DNA from: an archaeon GW2011_AR5
GTDB taxonomy: Archaea > Aenigmatarchaeota > Aenigmatarchaeia > GW2011-AR5
Assembly: GCA_000806115.1 (NCBI GenBank)
Contig: JWKQ01000002.1
Location: forward strand, 256,815-320,814
Direction: 5' to 3'
DNA: 64,000 bases
Under the pieces are notes generated by a model. That model was not told where the DNA came from. It worked only from the letters and a program-made list of their open reading frames with translations, and ran no database searches. How positions within the stretch are numbered: position 1 is the stretch's first letter; every line of letters starts with the position of its first letter. This document shows, piece after piece, positions 41,390 through 49,457 of this stretch. Made by a program: the position numbers and the translations under genes.

Positions 41390-43372
41390 TTACCCTCTCA
41401 CAAGGCTGCTTGTTATCAGCGGCTCAAACATCACAAGCGTGACAAGCATGCATACTGTGAAGACCACGAAACCGACAATCAGCGATGTGCCAGTGATGTT
41501 CTGCCTGCCTATGGGATCCTCTCCGGACTCAATCGAATTTATGAACATGGCAAGTATGAAGGCAGTTTCAATCAGGTAAACTCCGACAATAAGTATGAAC
41601 TCGAACGGCGTAATCTTTACGTTGCCCAGCGAGGTTAGGAAAGGCACACTTACGCTGCCCAGGTTGCTCGTCTGTTCTGATATCTGCCTCAGTATCTTGA
41701 TGATTATCACAGCCAGCGTGACAACAATGCCCGATATGAGCGGAGAGAGAAAGTAAGACTGGAATTTTAGTGATGAGAGGGTGTCATTGAGCTGCTCTTT
41801 CACGTCTTCCTGGGTGTCGTGCAGCCCTTTCAGGTAGCGCGAGACGGAAAGCATCGCAACCGACGCGGTTCTTACGCCTTTTTTTGTCGATTCCACCACG
41901 GTTCTCATGATGGACTTGATGAGCTTGGAGGGATAGAATCTTATTGCCCCGTACTCCTTGTCGAAAAATGCCTGTCCGAACGTGAAGCCCAGCATCTTCA
42001 TGTTCTTGAGCGCCCTGCCAAACAAGTCCTTTATCTTCAGGTTTTGTATCCTTTCCATCGAGTGTTCCAGAGAAAGCTCTACAGGCACGCCTCCTGATAT
42101 CTGGTTTCCAAGCTGGAAAAGAGCCTCAGCAAATTCGCCTTCTATTTCCCTGGTTTTGCGGCGGATGGCGAGCCGCTGTTTTGACAGCATGATGTAGTAG
42201 ACCCCGAAGCCGAAGGAGATGCCCATCAGGATTACGATTGCGGGAAATATACCTTCGAAATCCGTGGAAGCGAAATACTCATTCACCGTCATAAAAGCCC
42301 CGAGGGCGATTATCATCACCCCTACAAGCAGCCCGACATGCCAAGCCTTGTAGAATTTTTTTCCCATTGCGAATTTGCCGGGCGGCGGAACGTCGGGATT
42401 CTCGGTAATATCTATCTTGCTGAAGGTGGCGGGCCTGGTCTCTAGTATTCCTGATATCACGAAATACAGCACGAGGGGAAGTATTATGTCATATCCGACG
42501 AAAAGCACCTCGGACGACACGCCGAGGAATGCCGCGAGTATGGGGAAAAGCACGAGTCCCATGACAGGGAGCACTATTCCGAGCGCGTGCACAACCATCA
42601 CCGGCATCTTGAGGTCCTGGTTGAAGTGCTTCGCCTGTTCCCTGCTTCCTTCGAGCACGATGTCAACCGCCTCGTCCAGCAGCACGATACGCTTGTCCCC
42701 GACCTGCTTCAGCGACGTTATCATCAATTCAACCGCCTCGACGAACGGCCTGTTCTTCGCCCAGCGGCTCGTGAAATCAACCAGCGCCTCCTGCATTGTC
42801 AGGTAATTTCCGATTTCCACGTCCCAAAGCAGTTTTTTCATCTCGTAGCCCATCGAGCCGCCGAGATTTTCCGCGGCGAATTTCACCGCAGCCTCGAGGT
42901 TAGGCACGTTTCTCATGTACATCGCTATGTAGAGAACAAGCGTGACTATTTCCGAGCCCGCGTCCGATTCGTATTTGCGCCGCAGACGCTTCGGGTAGGT
43001 GTGCACGTAAAAAGTGAAGAAGAGGGAAAGCATCAGCAGCATTAATCCGTAGCCGAAGGAAATCCCGGGAAGCTTCAAAGCGGTGAGAGCCATCAGGATT
43101 ATGGTCGGGATGACGGTTGCGAGAAGGAAAAATATTGTTACGGAAGTCGTCCCGCCGGGCGTCACTTTCAGGTGCGCGAACTCAATGGTTTCCTGTATCT
43201 TCGCGCGCGACTTTTTGTCAGGCTCGATGTGAATTATTCTCTCTGAAAAGCGGCACGCCTTCTCGTAGAGCGACTTGGGCATTGAGGCGAAGGCTTCTTC
43301 TTCCTGGTAAAGCCGGTATTCGCGCGATATGAGGTTGCGTATCTGTTCTTCCCGCTTTCTCTTCGAAGGCAT
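41390..43372 (-). CDS. Polytopic type IV pilus/archaellum platform protein (T2SS-F / FlaJ / TadC-like)
   Basis: 660 aa with two repeats of cytoplasmic helical domain plus TM triplets. Its position next to the secretion ATPase fits a platform protein. Assigned by architecture, not by a specific motif. Confidence 0.8.
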   Translation of the reverse strand: MPSKRKREEQIRNLISREYRLYQEEEAFASMPKSLYEKACRFSERIIHIEPDKKSRAKIQETIEFAHLKVTPGGTTSVTIFFLLATVIPTIILMALTALKLPGISFGYGLMLLMLSLFFTFYVHTYPKRLRRKYESDAGSEIVTLVLYIAMYMRNVPNLEAAVKFAAENLGGSMGYEMKKLLWDVEIGNYLTMQEALVDFTSRWAKNRPFVEAVELMITSLKQVGDKRIVLLDEAVDIVLEGSREQAKHFNQDLKMPVMVVHALGIVLPVMGLVLFPILAAFLGVSSEVLFVGYDIILPLVLYFVISGILETRPATFSKIDITENPDVPPPGKFAMGKKFYKAWHVGLLVGVMIIALGAFMTVNEYFASTDFEGIFPAIVILMGISFGFGVYYIMLSKQRLAIRRKTREIEGEFAEALFQLGNQISGGVPVELSLEHSMERIQNLKIKDLFGRALKNMKMLGFTFGQAFFDKEYGAIRFYPSKLIKSIMRTVVESTKKGVRTASVAMLSVSRYLKGLHDTQEDVKEQLNDTLSSLKFQSYFLSPLISGIVVTLAVIIIKILRQISEQTSNLGSVSVPFLTSLGNVKITPFEFILIVGVYLIETAFILAMFINSIESGEDPIGRQNITGTSLIVGFVVFTVCMLVTLVMFEPLITSSLVRG

Positions 43373-43443
43373 CGTATATTACTTGGCTGCCGGGTTAAAA
43401 ATAGATTCATAAGAGAAAATAGGAAAAAATAGTCCGGAAACAG

Positions 43444-43590
43444 CTATCGTTGTATTCTGGACTCTATTTCGTCAAGACGCTCGTTGAGTTCCCTGAATTT
43501 TTTCTCTATAAGCTCAGTCAGGCGCTCATGATGCGCGTGGACATGATGCTCGTGCAACGGACTATCGTGATGCTCATGTGGTAACGGCAT
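43444..43590 (-). CDS. 48-aa histidine-rich peptide with coiled-coil tail
   Basis: MPLPHEHHDSPLHEHHVHAHHERLTELIEKKFRELNERLDEIESRIQR. A strong SD GGAGGTGA lies 6 nt upstream of the ATG. Only the distal part of track ORF 43444..43746 is used. Confidence 0.6.
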   Translation of the reverse strand: MPLPHEHHDSPLHEHHVHAHHERLTELIEKKFRELNERLDEIESRIQR

Positions 43591-43603
43591 GTTTTTCACC
43601 TCC

Positions 43604-43795
43604 TCAGATAGAACTGTAAGGCGTTCTCGCCCTTGTAGCCGCATGAACGGAATCCCAGTTGTAAAGCTTTCTTTCCACTTCCTCCGGCGTTCCCTCGAAG
43701 CAGTTCCTGTACAGCTGCGCATAAGCTTCGTTCGTTCTCCGCGCATTCTCGCGTCTTTCCCTCATTTTCCTCCCCATATACTCTAAGATTTTCAT
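43604..43795 (-). CDS. Hypothetical basic 63-aa protein
   Basis: MKILEYMGRKMRERRENARRTNEAYAQLYRNCFEGTPEEVERKLYNWD... The track start at 43825 sits inside the TATA-like TATTATAA, so the ATG at 43795 is preferred. Confidence 0.45.
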   Translation of the reverse strand: MKILEYMGRKMRERRENARRTNEAYAQLYRNCFEGTPEEVERKLYNWDSVHAATRARTPYSSI

Positions 43796-43911
43796 TTTCT
43801 TCAACTCCAAAGTTTCGATTTTCATATTATAATAGAAACAGAAACTACTTAAAGATTTCGAGTATTCTATTAAACCCGAAATATAGACTTTAATAGTAAA
43901 GCGGAAAGAAT

Positions 43912-44295
43912 ATGATAATGCCTCCTTTATTTGACGAAATAATGCACAGGGCGCTTTCCAACGACGTGCGCCGCGAGATTCTTCTCAGCCTCGAGAAGAG
44001 AGACAAGTACCTGACAGAGATAGCCGAGGAGATAAAGAAAAAGCCCCAGACGATAGATTTTCACCTGAACCTTCTCGAAGAAATAGGGCTTGTTAAAGGC
44101 GAATGGCGCGAAGGGAAAAAATACTACTCACTGAAAGAAAAAAGAATACTCGACTTCCTGAAGAAAAGAAGGGCCATACCGGAGGAATTCAGGCCGAAGC
44201 CGCCGCATGAGATAGTGCTTGACATGTGGGAAGACATGAAAACGAGGCTGAACAGGATGGAGAAAAAGCTCGACAAATTAGGGGGCAAAAAATAA
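43912..44295 (+). CDS. ArsR/SmtB-family winged-helix regulator
   Basis: ALSNDVRREILLSLEKRDKYLTEIAEEIKKKPQTIDFHLNLLEEIGLVKGEWREGKKYYSL is the canonical ArsR HTH plus wing. Its stop abuts the stop of the convergent ATPase gene. Confidence 0.85.
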   Translation: MIMPPLFDEIMHRALSNDVRREILLSLEKRDKYLTEIAEEIKKKPQTIDFHLNLLEEIGLVKGEWREGKKYYSLKEKRILDFLKKRRAIPEEFRPKPPHEIVLDMWEDMKTRLNRMEKKLDKLGGKK

Positions 44296-46518
44296 TCAGT
44301 AGCTCTTCCGAAGCCACTGAAGCCATCTGTCGTATATGAGCGTGCTGTCCAATGCGCCTAATTCTTCTTTCACTTCGCTGCTTATGATATGGAAATGGGA
44401 ATTCGACGCTATTATGTTGTTCGCTTCGAGCAAGTCCAGACGGTTGTTGACGTTCGCGTAATCGACAATCGTCTGCATAATCTTGCCGCGCAGCTTTATG
44501 TTGTTCCACACGGCGTCCCAGTTGCCCTTCCACTCGCGCACGCGCTGGGCTATGTCGTTCAGCACAGCCGACTCTCCCATGAGCAGTGTCTTGCTTGGCT
44601 TTAGCACATCGTCCTTCGCCGAATAGTCAAGAAGGTTGACGAACCCGCCTTCTTCAGCCGGATCATTCTTCCAGTGCTTGCGGACCTCCGTCAGCTCGAC
44701 GCATCTTCTGAAAGATTTCAGACCGTCCGGCGATTTCAGCATGTTCGCAATGAGTATCATGTCAGTCGCCTTGAAGCTCGTGGGCGGCACGCCAAGGTCG
44801 TTCACAACCCTGTCGAACACGCCATAGGCAGAGTCGCCGTGGATTGTTCCCATGACTACGTTGGCTAATGCGCCGATTCGCATGGCTTCGTACAGCGCGA
44901 GCGCTTCCCTGCTTCTCACTTCGCCGATGACAAGAGCGGAATCGCCCAGGCGCAGCGCGGTTCTCAGCGCCTCTTCGGCGGGCAGTTCGGTGTCAACGTT
45001 GGTTATTACGCTTCGCGATTTCATGCTCTGGATATTATATCCAAGGTCGCGCAACTGATGGATCGGCAGTTCCAGTGTGTCTTCCACTGAAATAATTCTC
45101 AGCTTCGGCATTATCTGCACCATCAGCGCGCCGAGCATGGAACTCTTGCCTGATGATCTCGTGCCTGCTATAAGCATCGTCCTCGAGCCGTCAATCAGGA
45201 ACCACAGCAAGCCTGCGGAGAAAGGATCTAGCATCTTGTTGTTTATGAAAAGCGGGAGCGTCCATGGCTTGTCGCGATGCCGGCGGAAAGCGAAGCCGAG
45301 CCCGTCGGGCGACAGCGTTCGCGTAATCGCCGCGACTCTTGCCCGCCCCCCGGGCACTTCTATTTCAGTGTCAAGCACCGGGTTCGCCTCATCCAGCGGA
45401 CGCCCCGACTTTAGCCTGAATCTGGTCGCCCATGATTCCCCGTCTTCCCGGCTCGGCACGATGTTCGTTTCGCATTCCTGGTATATGCCGTGGAACAGGT
45501 AGACGGGTGACGTGCCGATCGGCGAGTTTATCTCGATGTCCTGCACGTTCTCGTCCTGGAGGATCAGGTCAAGTATTCCAAGACCGGCAGTGTATCTTGC
45601 AAGGATATTGGCAAGTTCTTCCAGACGCTTCTCCTGTATGTCGTGGTCCGCCGCCAGGTCACGCAGCATGTCTAAGCCGATTCTGAAAAGATTTTCACGT
45701 ATCCTTTCCGGCTCCTCGAGTTCGCTCTCTCTCGGTTCGTGCCTGCCAAGGTATCGCCGCGCCGTGTCGAGCATGTTGTATTCGATTTCATTGAGCCTGA
45801 ACTCGGGAGGGATGATGTGATAAAGCCGCCTCACCTGTCCCGGTATTGCATAGATTTCTATCTCAGTTTCCTCAACATTGTACCTTTCAAGCAGTTCGGC
45901 GTTCGCCGGCGGCAGCGATATGTATCGCGTGTAAATGAAATTGGGCCTGATAGTCGGGTGGAATATGCGCCTGTAGAGCGACCTGTCCTTGTGTTCGGTG
46001 ATGTTCGGCTTGGCCAGTTGAATGAGGCGGCAGTTGTCGAGCACAGCCGCTATCGGAAGCAGGGAATTGTTCAGGTAGTGGTTGTAGCACTGCTGCTTCA
46101 GTCCGGTTTCCCTCTCGGATTTTACTTTTATTCTCCTGATTTCCCGCGTGAGCGACCTGTAAGCTTCTATGGGGTCAAAACGGAGGTCGTTGAGAAGCCG
46201 CTGGAGAAAACGGTACCTTTCCTGCGAGTCGTCTTCGCAGCCGGCGATGACAACGTTCTTCAAAGAAATGAGCCTGTCCTTCATCAGGCGCTCGATTGCA
46301 AGCGCGATTTCCAGCAGCATCTTCGACTCTGTGAAGTCATATTCATACTCCCGCACGCCGGCGAAGACGATACGCACGACCTTCTTCAGTTCCATCAGTT
46401 TGTCGATGGTAGTTGCCATGCATGCGCTGTAGTCCTCGATGGAGTCGCCGTACAGCCCTCCGACGCAGTTGATGCGCATTTTTTGCGTCTCCTCGTCGTA
46501 GTCGTATTCGTACACCAT
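44296..46518 (-). CDS. Type IV pilus/secretion ATPase (VirB11/FlaI/PilB-TadA superfamily) with a long N-terminal extension
   Basis: Walker A IAGTRSSGKSSMLGAL, Walker B/Asp box ALVIGEVRSREA and His box VMGTIHGDSAYGV. At 740 aa it is about 200 aa longer than typical FlaI. Confidence 0.92.
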   Translation of the reverse strand: MVYEYDYDEETQKMRINCVGGLYGDSIEDYSACMATTIDKLMELKKVVRIVFAGVREYEYDFTESKMLLEIALAIERLMKDRLISLKNVVIAGCEDDSQERYRFLQRLLNDLRFDPIEAYRSLTREIRRIKVKSERETGLKQQCYNHYLNNSLLPIAAVLDNCRLIQLAKPNITEHKDRSLYRRIFHPTIRPNFIYTRYISLPPANAELLERYNVEETEIEIYAIPGQVRRLYHIIPPEFRLNEIEYNMLDTARRYLGRHEPRESELEEPERIRENLFRIGLDMLRDLAADHDIQEKRLEELANILARYTAGLGILDLILQDENVQDIEINSPIGTSPVYLFHGIYQECETNIVPSREDGESWATRFRLKSGRPLDEANPVLDTEIEVPGGRARVAAITRTLSPDGLGFAFRRHRDKPWTLPLFINNKMLDPFSAGLLWFLIDGSRTMLIAGTRSSGKSSMLGALMVQIMPKLRIISVEDTLELPIHQLRDLGYNIQSMKSRSVITNVDTELPAEEALRTALRLGDSALVIGEVRSREALALYEAMRIGALANVVMGTIHGDSAYGVFDRVVNDLGVPPTSFKATDMILIANMLKSPDGLKSFRRCVELTEVRKHWKNDPAEEGGFVNLLDYSAKDDVLKPSKTLLMGESAVLNDIAQRVREWKGNWDAVWNNIKLRGKIMQTIVDYANVNNRLDLLEANNIIASNSHFHIISSEVKEELGALDSTLIYDRWLQWLRKSY

Positions 46519-46559
46519 GGTTCTAATTGGACATCAGATTATTAATTGGTTATTGAAAC

Positions 46560-46725
46560 TTCGCATTCCACTGCTTTCAAGCAGTGGTTGAGAGGCAGTG
46601 AATGCGAATCATTGCAAAACTTGCTTTGCAATACAGGTAAACCGAAGGTTTACCATGTGTTCAATGACACACCAATTTCAACAAGCCACCGCATTTATGC
46701 GGTGGTCATTGACAAGTGTGCAATG
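46560..46725. other. Orphan array of six hairpins, with one mutually exclusive alternative helix (candidate structured ncRNA/regulatory element)
   Basis: Stems are listed in the findings. The array lies between, and is not needed by, the two divergent TATA boxes at about 46535-46548 and about 46765-46775. Confidence 0.5.
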
Positions 46726-46800
46726 TTTGCGAAACCCGACAAATCTTAAAATAGCAGCCATGACATTATAAGAGCAGAATGTGCGAAGTGATGTGAGAGA

Positions 46801-47184
46801 ATGCCGGACCCTACCAATGTCAACGTAATCATGCAGGAGCTTGTTCGCAGAAGCAACGAGGACTCGCGCCGTTTACGCAGCCTGGAACAGCGGCTTGACG
46901 GGATAGAGAACAGGATCAACAATTTCGAGAACGGCATGCTCGACAGGAACAAGAAGGTGAACCAGAAATTTGCCGAGCTTGACTTGTCGATGAAGACCGT
47001 TGGCGAAGAGATGATGAAGCTCTCTGCAGGAATAGAGAAGATAAACAAGCAGGTCAGCAAGTTCGCGCGCAAGCAGGATTTGAAGGAGATTGAGAGGATG
47101 CTGGACTTAATCAGCCCGATAAGGCAGGAATTCGTCACAAAGGACCAGCTGGAAGAAGAACTCAAATCTGCTGCGCAAAGGTAG
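46801..47184 (+). CDS. Coiled-coil protein (127 aa)
   Basis: Heptad-rich sequence LRSLEQRLDGIENRINNFENGMLDRNKKVNQKFAELDLSMKTV...KINKQVSKF. TATA GACATTATAAGAG lies about 27 nt upstream (leaderless). Confidence 0.7.
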   Translation: MPDPTNVNVIMQELVRRSNEDSRRLRSLEQRLDGIENRINNFENGMLDRNKKVNQKFAELDLSMKTVGEEMMKLSAGIEKINKQVSKFARKQDLKEIERMLDLISPIRQEFVTKDQLEEELKSAAQR

Positions 47185-47212
47185 TTATAAAGTTTTTTCT
47201 TATAGGTTTTTC

Positions 47213-47518
47213 ATGAAAAGCACTACTTACCACGTCTGCCTTTCTAATGACGATTTTCTGAAGTATGTCGACAGACGGATGTTCGGTCGGGAGGGTTCAA
47301 AGACGCTTTCTCAGCAGTCGAGGTACTTCTGCTTCGATGCCGATTCCCGTTATCCAGAAGATATCATGGAAATCGTCCTGGACAAATGGTGTAAAGTCGC
47401 TTGCGATACGTCTATTGGGTTTGATGTCAGGCGGAATGATGTATCGGATGCCTACAGTATTCCCAAGAAAAAGATAAGGAAGTATTACAGAACAGTAACT
47501 GTCGGCAAGGTGGAGTAA
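47213..47518 (+). CDS. Hypothetical protein (101 aa)
   Basis: Track ORF, 28 nt after the previous gene. No family recognised. Confidence 0.6.
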   Translation: MKSTTYHVCLSNDDFLKYVDRRMFGREGSKTLSQQSRYFCFDADSRYPEDIMEIVLDKWCKVACDTSIGFDVRRNDVSDAYSIPKKKIRKYYRTVTVGKVE

Positions 47519-47566
47519 TTAATGTGAGCCAAATAAAGAACTGTGATACTATAATTTGGTTCACTC

Positions 47567-47613
47567 AAAGCGTTCCGAGGTATAGTATACCGATTCTTTT
47601 CTTGGAACGCTTT
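47567..47613. terminator. Bidirectional hairpin between convergent genes
   Basis: AAAGCGTTCC-(27)-GGAACGCTTT, with inner GGTATA-g-TATACC. On the minus strand it is followed by TTTG. It overlaps the stop codon of 47612..48247. Confidence 0.45.
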
Positions 47614-48247
47614 ATATCTCTTCCTCGTGCATTGCCTGCTTGTCCTTCATCTCGTGTATCATCGTAGAAAGAGCCTCTATATTGCGGGTCAGCGAAGGCA
47701 GGAACTGCTTGAACGCCTTCTCTAATCCACCTACTCTCGCCTCAAGGTCTTCGAGTTGCTCGGAAATGTCAGCCATCCTTGAGTCAAGCTCGTGCGTCGG
47801 GCTTTCTCTCTTGTTCTGCTCGAGCTTCGCCTCGAACTGCTTTATCTCCGCCCTCATGCGGTCGAAATTGTCGTCTATCTTCTTCAGGCGGTCGTCAAAC
47901 TTGTGCCATTTTTCCTCGACTATGCCTTCTATCAGTTCTTCAAGCATTACTTCGGGCTGTTCTATCTCGCCGGTGCCGAACTCCGGCATCATCTCGGGTT
48001 CCTGCTGCTGGGGAAGCTCAAATATGTTGTCCATGGCGGGGGACTGCATGTCCATCTGCCTTGGCTCGTCATTAACGCCTTCCTTCACCGCCTTCAGCAT
48101 CGCGCTTTCTATAGCCTCGTAGGAATAGCCCTTGCCCTTCAGGTGCTTGATTATGTCCTTGTCGCTCATGCCCTTCTTCGTCATCCTCTGGACTTCGTCG
48201 ATAGGAACTTCTCTCGGTTCCTTTGGAGCTTTGTGAAACAATCCCAT
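47612..48247 (-). CDS. Coiled-coil protein with small N-terminal helical domain (211 aa)
   Basis: The N-terminus is PIDEVQRMTKKGMSDKDIIKHLKGKGYSYEAIESAMLKAV, followed by an acidic linker and a long coiled coil. The ATG at 48247 has AGGTG 6 nt upstream; the track start is the GTG inside that SD. Confidence 0.75.
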   Translation of the reverse strand: MGLFHKAPKEPREVPIDEVQRMTKKGMSDKDIIKHLKGKGYSYEAIESAMLKAVKEGVNDEPRQMDMQSPAMDNIFELPQQQEPEMMPEFGTGEIEQPEVMLEELIEGIVEEKWHKFDDRLKKIDDNFDRMRAEIKQFEAKLEQNKRESPTHELDSRMADISEQLEDLEARVGGLEKAFKQFLPSLTRNIEALSTMIHEMKDKQAMHEEEI

Positions 48248-48305
48248 GACTCGCACCTGATTACTATTGGCTCTGCGGGGTATTTATTGGTTATTTTTGC
48301 TTTTT

Positions 48306-48347
48306 GTGAACGAAAGTGAGCTAAAATAATGCGCTTCTTTTTCCGGG
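48306..48347 (-). promoter_or_regulatory. Promoter/initiator module copy C (upstream of 47612..48247)
   Basis: Minus strand reads GGAAAAAGAAGCGCATTATTTTAGCTCACTTTCGTTCAC, which aligns with copy B (GCTCACTTGCGTTCGC). Confidence 0.4.
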
Positions 48348-48355
48348 AAAAATGC

Positions 48356-48826
48356 TCACTTGCTGTTTCCGGCTATGAAGTACACCGCAATTGCCATTAT
48401 TATGATTATGAAGATTATGCCTATGACGGCGTCGCTCACTACGACGCTGAAGCCGCCCATGGCGATGAAAAATACTATTATCCCTATGCCCACAAGTATC
48501 GCGGCGACGCCCTTGTTGTCGAAGAACTTGCCTATCGAGCCTCCGGACATTGTTATGAACAGGACTATGACCAGGAGTCCGGCTATTATAATCGCGGCGT
48601 AGCCGAAGAGGTTCACGAAGAAGCCCGCCAGCCACGGCCCCCCGAAGCCCACTACGAAGAAGGCAAGCACCAGCGAAATCACGCCGACTATCTTGGTGTC
48701 CTCGAAGAATTTTGCCTTTGCAAGCAGGCCGTAAGTCACGGCGAACATGAATATCCACGGAAGCAGGAACCCGAAGAAGCCCAGGGCATTCAGGTTAGCG
48801 ACTAAAATCGAGAAGGGGTCTGCCAT
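48356..48826 (-). CDS. 4-TM membrane protein, paralog family member 1
   Basis: LNALGFFGFLLPWIFMFAVTYGLLAKAKFF...VISLVLAFFVVGFGGPWLAGFFVNLFG aligns with 49458..49958 and 50107..50568. Confidence 0.8.
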   Translation of the reverse strand: MADPFSILVANLNALGFFGFLLPWIFMFAVTYGLLAKAKFFEDTKIVGVISLVLAFFVVGFGGPWLAGFFVNLFGYAAIIIAGLLVIVLFITMSGGSIGKFFDNKGVAAILVGIGIIVFFIAMGGFSVVVSDAVIGIIFIIIIMAIAVYFIAGNSK

Positions 48827-48876
48827 TGATATCAGTTGTTATTATTCCTGTCGGCGAATAAATAGTTTCGCTTGTT

Positions 48877-49443
48877 TCAGGTTTTATAGACGTAGACTTT
48901 CTCCTTTTCGAACTCTTTTGCCGGCTTCATTGTCGGAAATTTTATCCTGTAGCAGATTATGGTTTTGCCGCGGAGCTTTTTCATTCGGGGTTCCAGTTTC
49001 TCGAGCGTCTTGTTCGGCAGGTAGCAGAATATTATGTCCGCTCCGGAAAGGTCCGCCTTGTAGAAGCTGGTTCTCAATATCCTTGCGTTCCTGACGCCTC
49101 TAATCTTCAGCCTTGCAGTGCTGAACAGCCATTTTAGCGGGTCGATTTCAATGCCTACGGATGTGAAGCCAGCTTTTGCGACAGCTTCCACTACCCTGGC
49201 GTCGCCTGAGCCGATGTCATAGAAAGCGCCGTTCCTTGCTTTGACTTCCCTGATTACCCGTTCAACAGCCTTGGCTTCGGTAGGCGTCCAGTAGGAGCCG
49301 AAAAATGAAGGGACATAGACTGAGCACGCCACCACGAAGAGAACAAGCATCGGTACGCCGGCATAGGTTCCCCAGTTTGCAAGAAGCAGGATGAATAAAA
49401 CAAACAGAAGAAAGACGATTTTGGCACGGAATGTGGATATCAT
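48877..49443 (-). CDS. Membrane-anchored class I SAM-dependent methyltransferase
   Basis: Two N-terminal TM helices, then motif I FYDIGSGDARVVEAVAKAGF.SVGIEIDP. Confidence 0.75.
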   Translation of the reverse strand: MISTFRAKIVFLLFVLFILLLANWGTYAGVPMLVLFVVACSVYVPSFFGSYWTPTEAKAVERVIREVKARNGAFYDIGSGDARVVEAVAKAGFTSVGIEIDPLKWLFSTARLKIRGVRNARILRTSFYKADLSGADIIFCYLPNKTLEKLEPRMKKLRGKTIICYRIKFPTMKPAKEFEKEKVYVYKT

Positions 49444-49457
49444 AATAAAGAAAAACT

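Noticed and set aside
31662-46518. Interpreting the ATPase/platform locus as an archaellum (motility) operon
   Set aside because: I recognised no archaellin (FlaB-type) sequences and no FlaF/G/H/C/D/E-like genes. The locus instead holds Cys-rich large proteins, so a pilus or adhesion system fits better. A search with archaellum HMMs is still advisable.
44389-46545. Plus-strand ORFs antisense to the ATPase gene (e.g. 45739..46545 at 268 aa, 45077..45502)
   Set aside because: The minus strand encodes an uninterrupted 740-aa protein with Walker A/B and His-box motifs. The antisense frames have skewed R/V/F composition and no motifs.
46746-47165. 139-aa minus-strand ORF opposite the coiled-coil gene
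   Set aside because: It is Ser/Leu/Phe-rich low-complexity sequence, the mirror of a Glu/Lys/Leu-rich coiled coil. The plus-strand gene has a TATA at leaderless distance.
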